This document shows, piece by piece, positions 37,418-46,591 of a DNA stretch of 64,000 nucleotides. The stretch is from Rubripirellula sp. (GTDB lineage: Bacteria; Planctomycetota; Planctomycetia; Pirellulales; Pirellulaceae), in NCBI GenBank assembly GCA_965216875.1, contig OZ244207.1, positions 128,001 to 192,000 of the forward strand, in the 5' to 3' direction. A program made the translations under genes and the position numbers. The notes under the pieces are model-generated. The model ran no database searches and was not told where the DNA came from. It saw only the letters and a list, made by a program, of their open reading frames with translations. Positions within the stretch are counted from its first letter, which is position 1; every line of letters starts with the position of its first letter.

Positions 37418-38902
37418 ATGATGTTCCGTGTTTCCACCTTTGCGACAGGCCTTTTCGCTTGCGCAGTGATCGTTTGTTCGGCGTGTCCGGCCGAGTCGGC
37501 CAAAGCTTCTGACAGCGCGAAACGACCCAACGTCTTGTTGTTGTACATCGATGATTTGAAACCGATGACGCGCGACTACGGTCACGAGCACATGCGGACG
37601 CCCAACTTTGATCGGCTGGCGGCAGGGGGCATCCGATTTGAAAACGCATACTGCCAAGTCCCCACGTGCGGGGCATCGCGAGCGAGCCTGATGACATCGC
37701 TCTACCCGACCCCCAAGCGTTTTCCCGACTTCAAGTGTTGGGCCGAAAAAGATGCACCCGGTCGCGTCACTCTTCCACAGCGTTTTCGTGACGCAGGCTA
37801 CACCACGATTTCGAATGGCAAAGTGTTTCACCACAAGGACGACACCGCCGATCGATCCTGGTCGATGCCACCTTGGCGACCGCAAATCAATGGACGAACA
37901 CCGTACAACGACGAATCCTACGAGTTCCTGAAGACATCGACCCAAACGAAAAAGAATGATCGTGGCAAGCCGATCAAAAAGCCGCTGATGTTTGAAAAGG
38001 GCAATGTCGACCCGATGAAAACGAATGATGGCTTGATCGCGGCAAAGACAATCGATGATCTCAAACGACTTGCCAATGCGGACGCGCCCTTTTTCATTGC
38101 CTGTGGTTTCGCTAAGCCTCACATGCCTTTCTATTCGCCGGCATCGACGTGGGAACCTTACCCGCTCAAGAGCATCAAGCTTGCCAAGCATCGTCAGCGT
38201 CCGACGGACATGCCTGCGGCCTCGCGGTCGGTGCGTGAGCAGTTTGCCTACGTTCCGATGACTCACGATCTGACTCGTGAGATCAAGTACAACACCGATC
38301 AATACCACCGGTACATGCGTCAGGGCTATTATGCGAGCGTCACGCACGCCGACGATTTGCTTGGCCGGATCCTCGACACATTGGATTCGCTCGAGATTTC
38401 CGACAACACGTATGTCGTCGTGATCGGCGACCACGGATGGCTCCTCGGTGAACACAACGAATGGGCGAAGAACACGTTGCTGCACGAAGCGCTGCGAACG
38501 GCAATGTGGATGAAAGGCCCTGGTGTCTCAAAAGGGGCGGCAACGGAGACCTTTGTGGAGTTCGTCGACATTCATCCGACGTTGTGTCGCCTCGTAGGAA
38601 TCGAGTTTGATCAGCAGTCGATTCACGGAAAGAGTTTCGTTGAACTGCTTGCTTCACCACAGAGTCAGCATCGTGACCTCGCGTACACGCGGTTTCAACA
38701 AGGCGATACGATCACTTCGAAAACGTTTCAATATGGTCGCTGGCGCACCAAAGAGGGCGCCGAACAAACGCTACTGATTGATCGCACCAAAGACCCGCTC
38801 GGAAAGAAGAACGTAAGCGGCGACGAAGCCTATCGCGAAGTCGAAATGCGGCTGAAGCAACGTTTGCAAAGGAAAATCGCCCGAGCGAGGCAGGGGCAAT
38901 GA
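37418..38902 (+). CDS. Sulfatase, iduronate-2-sulfatase-like
   Basis: PNVLLLYIDDLKP; CGASR; GKVFH; KPHMPF; GDHGWLLGEH. Confidence 0.93.
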   Translation: MMFRVSTFATGLFACAVIVCSACPAESAKASDSAKRPNVLLLYIDDLKPMTRDYGHEHMRTPNFDRLAAGGIRFENAYCQVPTCGASRASLMTSLYPTPKRFPDFKCWAEKDAPGRVTLPQRFRDAGYTTISNGKVFHHKDDTADRSWSMPPWRPQINGRTPYNDESYEFLKTSTQTKKNDRGKPIKKPLMFEKGNVDPMKTNDGLIAAKTIDDLKRLANADAPFFIACGFAKPHMPFYSPASTWEPYPLKSIKLAKHRQRPTDMPAASRSVREQFAYVPMTHDLTREIKYNTDQYHRYMRQGYYASVTHADDLLGRILDTLDSLEISDNTYVVVIGDHGWLLGEHNEWAKNTLLHEALRTAMWMKGPGVSKGAATETFVEFVDIHPTLCRLVGIEFDQQSIHGKSFVELLASPQSQHRDLAYTRFQQGDTITSKTFQYGRWRTKEGAEQTLLIDRTKDPLGKKNVSGDEAYREVEMRLKQRLQRKIARARQGQ

Positions 38903-38911
38903 GAATGCCGG

Positions 38912-39325
38912 CTAGCTGCAAAGCGGGACGATCGGACTGTTCGATTTGACGAGTTGCTCGATCGTCACGGAAGCGAACGCTTTTTCAGTCGCCGCGTAGG
39001 CCTTGTCGAGTTCGGCGTGAAGTGGGCAGAGTTTCTTGTGGGATTTAAGCCCGAGCGGGCAGTGCGTGATGCGTTCGATCGGCGATACGGCATTGACGAC
39101 ATCAAGGATCGTCAGGTCGGACGGCGACGCTGCCAACTCGTAACCGCCTCCCGGTCCTGAGCGGGACCCTGTCAGTCCGGCAGCGCAAAGCTGTTGCAAG
39201 ACGCGCGTCAGGTAACGTCGCGGCACGTGAGTCGATTCGCAAAGCACGTCGGCGGACAACGGTTCTTCGGCCGATGCCATGCTGGCGACGGCGCGCAATG
39301 CATACTCAGCTGTTTTGGAGAGCAC
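38912..39325 (-). CDS. Rrf2-family transcriptional regulator
   Basis: [28 protein letters not shown]...H..LCPLH. Confidence 0.93.
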   Translation of the reverse strand: MLSKTAEYALRAVASMASAEEPLSADVLCESTHVPRRYLTRVLQQLCAAGLTGSRSGPGGGYELAASPSDLTILDVVNAVSPIERITHCPLGLKSHKKLCPLHAELDKAYAATEKAFASVTIEQLVKSNSPIVPLCS

Positions 39326-39358
39326 GTCGGGACACCTTCAAGCGTGTGTGGGGCGGAA

Positions 39359-40822
39359 CTACTTGGCGTATTCTCGTCTCAGCGACTCACGATCCGCTTG
39401 GACCGTGGGCGAGTTGACGACGCAGTAGAGGTGTTGGCCCGTACGGATCAACATACGATCGCCAACGAGCACGGTCGCGTAAACGGTCGGGTCGCCGTAG
39501 GAGAACATTTGGTGCAGCGACGATTCGGACATGCCTGTAAAGACAGCTTCCGGTCCCGTCTTCGGCTTTGCTTCGTCCGCGGGTACCGTGTTCACTTCGC
39601 GAGCTTTTCGAGCCGACTCGGCTGCTGCCATCATTTCTTCACGATCCCAAAGTTGATTGCGAGTCAGTTGTTCGTATTCGTCACCAGGTCGAATCACAAT
39701 CGCGAAACCATTTTTGGTGACGAAGTAGACGTACTGCTCGCCACTGCTCGTTGTGACTCCAATGGCGGACGCCCAGCATGGGTTGCCAATCCGCTTGGCA
39801 AACACTTGCTGGCCACTTTCGGCGTCGACGCAATAGAGCACGCCGGCTTTGTTGACATAGTAGACGTAGCCCGCAAACACGAGCGGAGATGAGTAGTAGG
39901 AGTTGGCTCGCTCGGCGCCCCATCGCACGTTGTATCGATTGCCATCGAGATCAATTCGGCAATTGGAACCAGCAACGTTTTCTTCGTCAGCACTCATTTG
40001 GTGGTGCATCTTGGTCGAGCCAGTGAAGATGGCTCCGTCCGCGATCGTCAACGAGGGAATGTGGTTTCCGGCAAGGCCTTCCAATTCCCACACCGATTCA
40101 CCCGTTGCTGCATCGTAGGCAGTTACGGTATCGGCAGAGCTGACAACGACAAGTTCTTGGCCACCCGAGGTGACGACGGCAGGTGAAGACCATGAAGGGA
40201 CGCGACGACCGCGATCGGCTTTCCAAACAACGTTGCCGTTGGTCTTGTCGAGAGCAACGATGTACGACGGGCCACCGTGATCGACAACAACAAAGACATA
40301 TTGATCGTTCTGGGCGGGCGAACTCGCAGTGCCACGTTCGTTGTCGACTTCACCGTATTTGACAAACAACGGAGTCGACCAAAGCCGGTTGCCTTTGTGG
40401 TCCATCGCCGTCACGTCACCGCTGGCAAAAAACGAGATGACGCGCTGGCCGTCAACGACGCACGTCGGTGCCGCGCGGCTGTTGCGAAAGTAGTTTTCAA
40501 CCTTCGTCGTCGCTTCAACTTCGCTCGTCCACCGCGTGTCGCCAGTTGCTACGTCCACTGCATGAACAAGAAGCCGTTCTTGCCAAGGTCCATCACTGGA
40601 GGTGACGAATGCCGTGTCGCCCCAGACGACCGGCGATGATTGGCCGTAGCCAGGCAAGGTCGTCCGCCAAGCGATGCCGTCTTCAGGAGACCAGTAGAGC
40701 GGCGGTGATTCTGATTCAGTGACCGAAGTGCCAGCGTTACGGAAGCTTGCCCAATGCTCGTCGCCATCGGCATGGAACGCCAAGCCAAAAGCGGTCGCAA
40801 CGATCAGTGCTAAGCGCGTCAT
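39359..40822 (-). CDS. PQQ-like beta-propeller protein (BamB-like, planctomycete type)
   Basis: Signal peptide; WASFR; WRTTLPGYGQSSPVVWGD; repeated D..TG...W blades. Confidence 0.9.
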   Translation of the reverse strand: MTRLALIVATAFGLAFHADGDEHWASFRNAGTSVTESESPPLYWSPEDGIAWRTTLPGYGQSSPVVWGDTAFVTSSDGPWQERLLVHAVDVATGDTRWTSEVEATTKVENYFRNSRAAPTCVVDGQRVISFFASGDVTAMDHKGNRLWSTPLFVKYGEVDNERGTASSPAQNDQYVFVVVDHGGPSYIVALDKTNGNVVWKADRGRRVPSWSSPAVVTSGGQELVVVSSADTVTAYDAATGESVWELEGLAGNHIPSLTIADGAIFTGSTKMHHQMSADEENVAGSNCRIDLDGNRYNVRWGAERANSYYSSPLVFAGYVYYVNKAGVLYCVDAESGQQVFAKRIGNPCWASAIGVTTSSGEQYVYFVTKNGFAIVIRPGDEYEQLTRNQLWDREEMMAAAESARKAREVNTVPADEAKPKTGPEAVFTGMSESSLHQMFSYGDPTVYATVLVGDRMLIRTGQHLYCVVNSPTVQADRESLRREYAK

Positions 40823-40854
40823 GAATGCGTCTCCTCGTCGAATCGAATGGAGTC

Positions 40855-41199
40855 TTACGTTGTTGATGAACCTTTGAGCAACAAGAGCAGCATCTTGGTC
40901 GGCTCGGTGGCAGCAATGCTGTGCGGTACTTTTGGCTCGAGGTAGAAGTAGCTTCCCGCACCCGCTGTTGACCGCTCGCCGTCAACGGTGACCTCGGCGG
41001 CGCCTTCGATGAAGTGCATGATCGCAGCGACCGATGCGGTGTGTTCGGAAAGTTCCTGGCCTGCGTCAAAGCCGAACAAAACCGCCTTGATGCGATCGTC
41101 TTGATGAAGCGGTCTGCTGATCGTGCTGTCCGCTTGAATGTCGATCTCATTGGCAAGATCGAAGCACCGTGTTGTGGTTATGTCCATCGCGAGCCTCAT
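40855..41199 (-). CDS. Cupin domain protein
   Basis: LFGFDAGQELSEHTA; EPKVPHSIAA. Confidence 0.9.
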   Translation of the reverse strand: MRLAMDITTTRCFDLANEIDIQADSTISRPLHQDDRIKAVLFGFDAGQELSEHTASVAAIMHFIEGAAEVTVDGERSTAGAGSYFYLEPKVPHSIAATEPTKMLLLLLKGSSTT

Positions 41200-41227
41200 T
41201 TGTTGGTCAACGAGCGGTGTTGGCCTA

Positions 41228-41249
41228 TTCTATACACCGGGGTATAGAA
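41228..41249. promoter_or_regulatory. Palindromic operator candidate upstream of the cupin-PQQ-Rrf2 operon
   Basis: TTCTATAC-ACCGGG-GTATAGAA: 22 bp with one mismatch, AT-rich in a GC-rich background, about 30 nt upstream of the cupin start. Confidence 0.65.
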
Positions 41250-41330
41250 AAGAAACGCGGGTAAAATGAGGCGAATCGACGCAGTTCCACGCGGGTGGAA
41301 GAACTAAACTGCGGTCATCCCATTGGGGGC

Positions 41331-41667
41331 GCCGAACGCGCGTGGGTGAGCCGAACGCGCGTGGGTGAGCCGAACGCGCTAGCGTCGGGCCTTAAAGGTT
41401 GGTGTGTTGAAGTTAACGCGCGCTCCAGCAATCACCCTCGCGCTTGCGGGAGGGGCGGAGGCAAAGTCCGGGGAGGGGATCATCCATACAAGCCCTCTCC
41501 GGCCCTTAGAGCCCGACTCTCCCAAGGGAGAGTGTTAGAATGCGCAGTTTCGAAGCCTGTGGGAAGCGCAATTGCAGCCTGTAGCACTAACGTCCTGCCG
41601 CTCAAATGTCAGTCCGGGCGCGGTGATTGTCGAAAGTGAACCACCTTCTTGCGAAGGTCGCTACGGG
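41331..41667. repeat. REP mosaic: tandem 19-bp family B heads, a family A element and a family C half
   Basis: (GCCGAACGCGCGTGGGTGA)x2 then GCCGAACGCGCTAGCGTCGGGCC; family A at 41432-41535; CCACCTTCTTGCGAAGGTCGCTAC at 41641-41664. Confidence 0.85.
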
Positions 41668-41694
41668 CTGTGCAGAAGGTGCAAGGAGACGTTA

Positions 41695-43161
41695 ATGAAA
41701 TCGCTGGCTGTGTTGTTCCTGGTCTGTTGTTTACCAATTCCTCTGCTCGCCGAGACGCGCGATCTTCCCGAGGAGCGAACGGGTGAACATGCCTCAGGCA
41801 AGTCAACGAGGCCGAACATCATTCTTGTGATGGCGGACGACCAGGGTTGGGGAGACGTCGGCTACAACGGGCACCCGTTCGTCCAGACGCCGGAGCTCGA
41901 CGCAATGGCTGCCGAAGGGTTTGTCCTTGATCGTTTCTATGCCGCGGCACCAGTGTGTTCGCCGACACGAGCGAGCGTCATGACCGGACGCAATCCCATT
42001 CGTTCGAAAGTGCCCAACCACGGACGCTACATGCGGCCGCACGAACAGACGATCGCGGAAACGTTGAAAGAGGCCGGGTATAAGACGGGAATCTTTGGCA
42101 AGTTTCACCTTGGGTCGTGCCAGCCCGATTCGCCCTGCAACCCGACGGGAATGGGATTTGACGAGTGGGTCATTGGTTTGAACTTTTTCGACAACGATCC
42201 CTACCTCAGCCGCAACGGCACGATTGAACATCGCAAGGGGAAAGGTTCGGTCATCTCGATGGACGACGCGATCGACTTTTTGGGCAGGCATGCGCGGGGC
42301 GAACAACCCATGTTCATGGTGGTTTGGTTTCCGTCGCCACACGATCCACACCAAGAGGTGCCCGACGGTCCGGCACTTTACGACGGAAAGAAGATGGCCG
42401 GCTACTATCGCGAGATCACGCTGCTTGACCAACAGGTTGGGAGGCTCCGCCGCGAACTCGTCACACTCGGCATCAATGACAATACCATCGTTTGGTATTG
42501 CAGCGACAACGGCGGACTTAATGAAGCAACCTCGGGTGGCCGAAAGAGAAAGGGCAGCGTTTACGAAGGCGGCTTGAGAGTACCAGCGATCGTTCAATGG
42601 CCCGCTCGAGATCTCAAGGGCAGCACCTCCGTTCCAGCCTGGACCTGCGACATCTATCCGACGCTGTTGGCGATGGCCGGAGTATCAAGCAACGCGCCAC
42701 ATCCACTCGATGGTGTCGATATCAGCGGGATCCTCGACGGCAATTCGAATGCGCGCGAATCGGCGATGGGGTTTTGGCATCTGTTTCAACAGGGGCAATC
42801 GACCTGGAGCGACCGCATTGAAAAGGAAATCATGCTCAAGCAGGCGGCAGACGCTCCGGTCCCACATAACGCCCAGCGGATGCGCAAAGATGTCGACGAA
42901 TTCCCTCAGTTTGATGAGGACACGGCCAAGGGGCACGCGGCATGGATGGACTGGCCATGGAAATTGCATCGCATCAATGGCGCACGTTACGAACTTTACA
43001 ATCTTTCCAGCGACCCAATGGAGTCAACCGACTTGGCGCAGGATCCAGAGCATCAGCAAACGTTCCAACGCATGAAAAAGGAGCTCGGTCGCTGGATGCG
43101 TTCGGTGGTTGGCAGCATCAATGGCAAGGATTATCGCACGACGGAACAACCCTCTAAGTGA
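41695..43161 (+). CDS. Sulfatase (S1)
   Basis: Signal peptide; PNIILVMADDQGWGD; CSPTR; GKFHLG; SDNGG; KGSVYEGGLRVP. Confidence 0.95.
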   Translation: MKSLAVLFLVCCLPIPLLAETRDLPEERTGEHASGKSTRPNIILVMADDQGWGDVGYNGHPFVQTPELDAMAAEGFVLDRFYAAAPVCSPTRASVMTGRNPIRSKVPNHGRYMRPHEQTIAETLKEAGYKTGIFGKFHLGSCQPDSPCNPTGMGFDEWVIGLNFFDNDPYLSRNGTIEHRKGKGSVISMDDAIDFLGRHARGEQPMFMVVWFPSPHDPHQEVPDGPALYDGKKMAGYYREITLLDQQVGRLRRELVTLGINDNTIVWYCSDNGGLNEATSGGRKRKGSVYEGGLRVPAIVQWPARDLKGSTSVPAWTCDIYPTLLAMAGVSSNAPHPLDGVDISGILDGNSNARESAMGFWHLFQQGQSTWSDRIEKEIMLKQAADAPVPHNAQRMRKDVDEFPQFDEDTAKGHAAWMDWPWKLHRINGARYELYNLSSDPMESTDLAQDPEHQQTFQRMKKELGRWMRSVVGSINGKDYRTTEQPSK

Positions 43162-43178
43162 CGCCGAGGATCTCCGTC

Positions 43179-43203
43179 GTCGCTACGCTCGCCAGAGCGT
43201 GGG
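43179..43203. repeat. Family C REP half-element
   Basis: GTCGCTACGCTCGCCAGAGCGTGG. Confidence 0.75.
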
Positions 43204-43554
43204 GAAGTCAACAACGGTCTGGCATCGCGAATCATCTTCTGGCTTTTGCACCTCGAGACGGGACGACGAACCTGAGCGTGGACCTGCTGAACGGAACATG
43301 ACTTCAAAGAACTTTTCAGAAAGAGTGTCCAATTTCAGTCCGCCGCTGCCATAACCTCTTCAGCGACCGAGCCGTCCTGCAGGCCTCTTTTTTGCCGTGC
43401 GATTTGCCACTAATCTGCGACACGTTGGATTCGACTCAGTATCGTGGGGGATCAGGCAGCCACCACATCCGCGAAATGCGTGCATCGGCGGCCGATTGCA
43501 CTCAGCCCCACTGGTTCCCAAGACAACTCACCGTTTTCCGCTATCAGCGTCTCC

Positions 43555-46401
43555 ATGAGAATTCTCATTTCGTTTGCATTTGTTCTGTTCATCGTCGCAC
43601 GGTCTTTGGCCGCTGACGCTCCCAATATTCTTTGGATTGTCACCGACGACCAACGGGTCGATTCGATCGCCGCCTTCAATCAAATGCGATTTGGGAAATC
43701 GGACAGTGCGCTGGGGAAAGTCCTTTCGCCGAACGTCGATCGGTTGGCAAAGATGGGAACGACGTTCATCAACACGTTCAACCAAAACCCTGGTTGCGCA
43801 CCGTCGCGAACGTTGATGATGACTGGACGCTATTCACACCGCACGGGTGTCTACGGCTTCGAATACTACAATCCTGTCGGCCAGAAACATTGGCGGCCGA
43901 TGGTGCCCGAAATTCTGCGCGACCAAGCGGGCTATCAAACCCTTTCGGTCGGCAAGCTTGGCATTCGTGCCCAACACTTCATCGGACAAAAAGGGGGTAC
44001 CGAACCGCCGCTGTACCAAACGCATCTTGGCTATCGCAAAGAGTTTGCCGCAAAGGGGATGGTTGACTGGCATTCCGAACGTAAATGGTCCAAGGGCAAA
44101 CCGGGGCCGAAGAACGAGACTTTCTTTTTCGCAGACGGGACGCAGCTTCATTGGCCCGAGAACGTCCAAGCTTCGCCCAATGATCGAGTTGAAATCACGG
44201 ATCGACTCGATCTGTTGCGACAATACGCTCCGGGCGACGAGACGCAAAACGGCAGCATCCTTGGCGGCGTGAATCCTCAAACGGGTGACCGCACGCGAGA
44301 CGGCAGTTTTACCAGCGCGCTGCTCGACCACTTGTCGCACGCCAATCAGTCCTACACGGACATGCTGGGGCGAAAGCAAGAAGGACCGAACTCAGAGAAA
44401 CCGCTGTTCGCTTACATCGGGTTTGAGTTTCCGCATACGCCCGTGCTTCCGCCCGCTGAGTTTCGCAAGAAGTTTCAGGATCTTGAATACGAGATCCCTG
44501 AGCTCACCAAGGAAGAGCTGGCGTCCTTCCCACCGCAATTGGTGAAGCTTTACAAGAACTCACAGAGTGATCATTTCACCGACGCCGAAAAGCGGCAGAT
44601 GATCGTCGACTACTATGCGTTTTGTGCTTACGGCGACTCGCTCGTTGGCAAGGCGGTCGATGGATTCATTGACTACAGCCATCAGCAGGGGCGTCCGTGG
44701 ATGGTGCTTTACGTTTGTGGCGATCACGGTTGGCGATTGAACGAACACGGGATGGTTTCGAAGTTCTCGCACTACGACGTCGACCTGCACAATCCGATAA
44801 TCGTCGTCTCTTCCGACAAGCAGGCGTTCCCTGAAGGCAAGGTTGTCGACGATTTCACTTGTTTCGTCGACATGGCACCGACCTTTTTGAATGCGGCCGG
44901 AATTGACGTCTCGGCAGACGAATACGAATACCTTGACGGTCGCGACTTGGCAAAGACGGCTGCTGGCGAAATACCGGCTCGTGACTACATCATTGCGGAA
45001 CCAACTTGGGTGATCGGTCCGCGCGCGGTGATCCGGACCAAGGATTACAAGTTCGCTATGAAGATTCGTCCACGCGCCGGGCACACGACGACGAAAGCGA
45101 CCGCCGGCAAAGATGTCCAATGGGCGATGGACGCCGACCTGAATGAGGTCGAGCCGACGCTTTACGATTTGCGAACGGATCCTGGCGAAATCAACAATCT
45201 CGCCTTCGATGATCGCTATCGTCCGGTGCTCGATGCGCTTCGCACCAAACTTCAAGACATTGTGCTTGGCGACGGACGAGTCGAAGTGGCTTGGACGAGG
45301 GAAGGTGGCGACGAAGTCCACACGAGCAACTTTGCACCCGGCGCCGATGACGGAAAACTGTCGGTACCAAAGGTCGATGCGGGCTCGATTCCGGCAGGGG
45401 TCACAGAATTGAATTTCCCAGCGATGATCCAGCCTGTTCCGGCAACGGGAGTGTTTCGCTCGAAAGAGTTTGACATATGGGGTGGTTCACCGATCAAGGG
45501 CGACGACGGCAAGTACCACCTTTTCTATTCGCGGTGGCCACACAGGCTGGGGCACGAAGCATGGGTGACGCATTCCGAAATCGCACACGCGGTGGCGGAG
45601 AGTCCGTTTGGTCCTTGGCAGCATGCCGACGTGGCGTTGCCGGCGCGAGGCAACACGTATTGGGATGGATCGTGCACGCACAACCCAACCGTGCTAAAGG
45701 TCGACGGCAAGTATTACCTTTACTACATGGGCAATCGCGGTGACCAAACCGTCGTCAAGCCGCTCAATTGGGACCACCGCAATCAACAACGAATCGGCGT
45801 CGCCGTCGCCGACTCGCCATCGGGGCCTTGGAAACGTTTTGACAAACCGGTCGTTGACATCAGTGCCGATCCAAACGCGATCGATGCCCTTTGCGTTTCC
45901 AATCCAGCGATCACCGTTCGACCCGATGGTGGTGTGTTGATGGTCTACAAAACGGTCGCAAAGAAATTGAAGATGCCCTCCGGTGGTCCAGTCGGTGCAT
46001 CCGTCGCGTTGGCGGATCATCCAACCGGGCCATTCGAAAAGCTCGACGTCCAGCCGTTTGCCGTGCCCGGCGAACGCTTTGCGGCCGAAGATCCCTACAT
46101 TTGGTACGGCGAGGATCGCTATTGGGCCATCGTGAAAGATCGCAACGGGCACTTTACTGGGATCAAGGGGTTTACTCTGGCCTTGTTCCAGTCAAACGAC
46201 GGAATCAATTGGGAGCCCGCAAAGAACCTGCTCGTCACCGCACCTGGATTCACCTGGCAGGACGGTAGCCGCGAAGAGCTTGTCATTATGGAACGGCCAC
46301 AACTGTTGTTCGAAAATGGCAAACCGATCGCATTGTTCTGTGCTGGCGCCAAGACACGTGACAAAGCCAATGGATTCAATGTCCAAATCCCACTGAAGTG
46401 A
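43555..46401 (+). CDS. Sulfatase fused to a five-bladed beta-propeller glycoside hydrolase (GH43/GH117-like clan)
   Basis: PNILWIVTDDQR, CAPSR, GDHGW; C-terminal WGGSPIKGDDGKYHLFYSRW, HNPTV, SNPA, EDPYIW, ERPQL. Confidence 0.88.
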   Translation: MRILISFAFVLFIVARSLAADAPNILWIVTDDQRVDSIAAFNQMRFGKSDSALGKVLSPNVDRLAKMGTTFINTFNQNPGCAPSRTLMMTGRYSHRTGVYGFEYYNPVGQKHWRPMVPEILRDQAGYQTLSVGKLGIRAQHFIGQKGGTEPPLYQTHLGYRKEFAAKGMVDWHSERKWSKGKPGPKNETFFFADGTQLHWPENVQASPNDRVEITDRLDLLRQYAPGDETQNGSILGGVNPQTGDRTRDGSFTSALLDHLSHANQSYTDMLGRKQEGPNSEKPLFAYIGFEFPHTPVLPPAEFRKKFQDLEYEIPELTKEELASFPPQLVKLYKNSQSDHFTDAEKRQMIVDYYAFCAYGDSLVGKAVDGFIDYSHQQGRPWMVLYVCGDHGWRLNEHGMVSKFSHYDVDLHNPIIVVSSDKQAFPEGKVVDDFTCFVDMAPTFLNAAGIDVSADEYEYLDGRDLAKTAAGEIPARDYIIAEPTWVIGPRAVIRTKDYKFAMKIRPRAGHTTTKATAGKDVQWAMDADLNEVEPTLYDLRTDPGEINNLAFDDRYRPVLDALRTKLQDIVLGDGRVEVAWTREGGDEVHTSNFAPGADDGKLSVPKVDAGSIPAGVTELNFPAMIQPVPATGVFRSKEFDIWGGSPIKGDDGKYHLFYSRWPHRLGHEAWVTHSEIAHAVAESPFGPWQHADVALPARGNTYWDGSCTHNPTVLKVDGKYYLYYMGNRGDQTVVKPLNWDHRNQQRIGVAVADSPSGPWKRFDKPVVDISADPNAIDALCVSNPAITVRPDGGVLMVYKTVAKKLKMPSGGPVGASVALADHPTGPFEKLDVQPFAVPGERFAAEDPYIWYGEDRYWAIVKDRNGHFTGIKGFTLALFQSNDGINWEPAKNLLVTAPGFTWQDGSREELVIMERPQLLFENGKPIALFCAGAKTRDKANGFNVQIPLK

Positions 46402-46427
46402 GTCGCCTCGCGGTTTCAACAGGAATT

Positions 46428-46526
46428 ACCCTCCCACTTGTGGGAGGGTCGGGCGCTAAAGCCCGGGGAGGGCCGTCCGAGGTGCCCCTCACCGGGCCTG
46501 AGAGCCCGACTCTCACAAGGAGAGTG
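46428..46526. repeat. REP-like element, family A
   Basis: ACCCTCCCAC-TT-GTGGGAGGGT (compensatory A-T versus the G-C of other copies); CCGGGGAGGG...CCCTCACCGG; GCCCGACTCTC. Confidence 0.85.
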
Positions 46527-46591
46527 TCATGCACAGCATGACCTACGCGAGTCGCGGCTCAGAAAACCAAACCCTACCCTGAATTCCCGCC

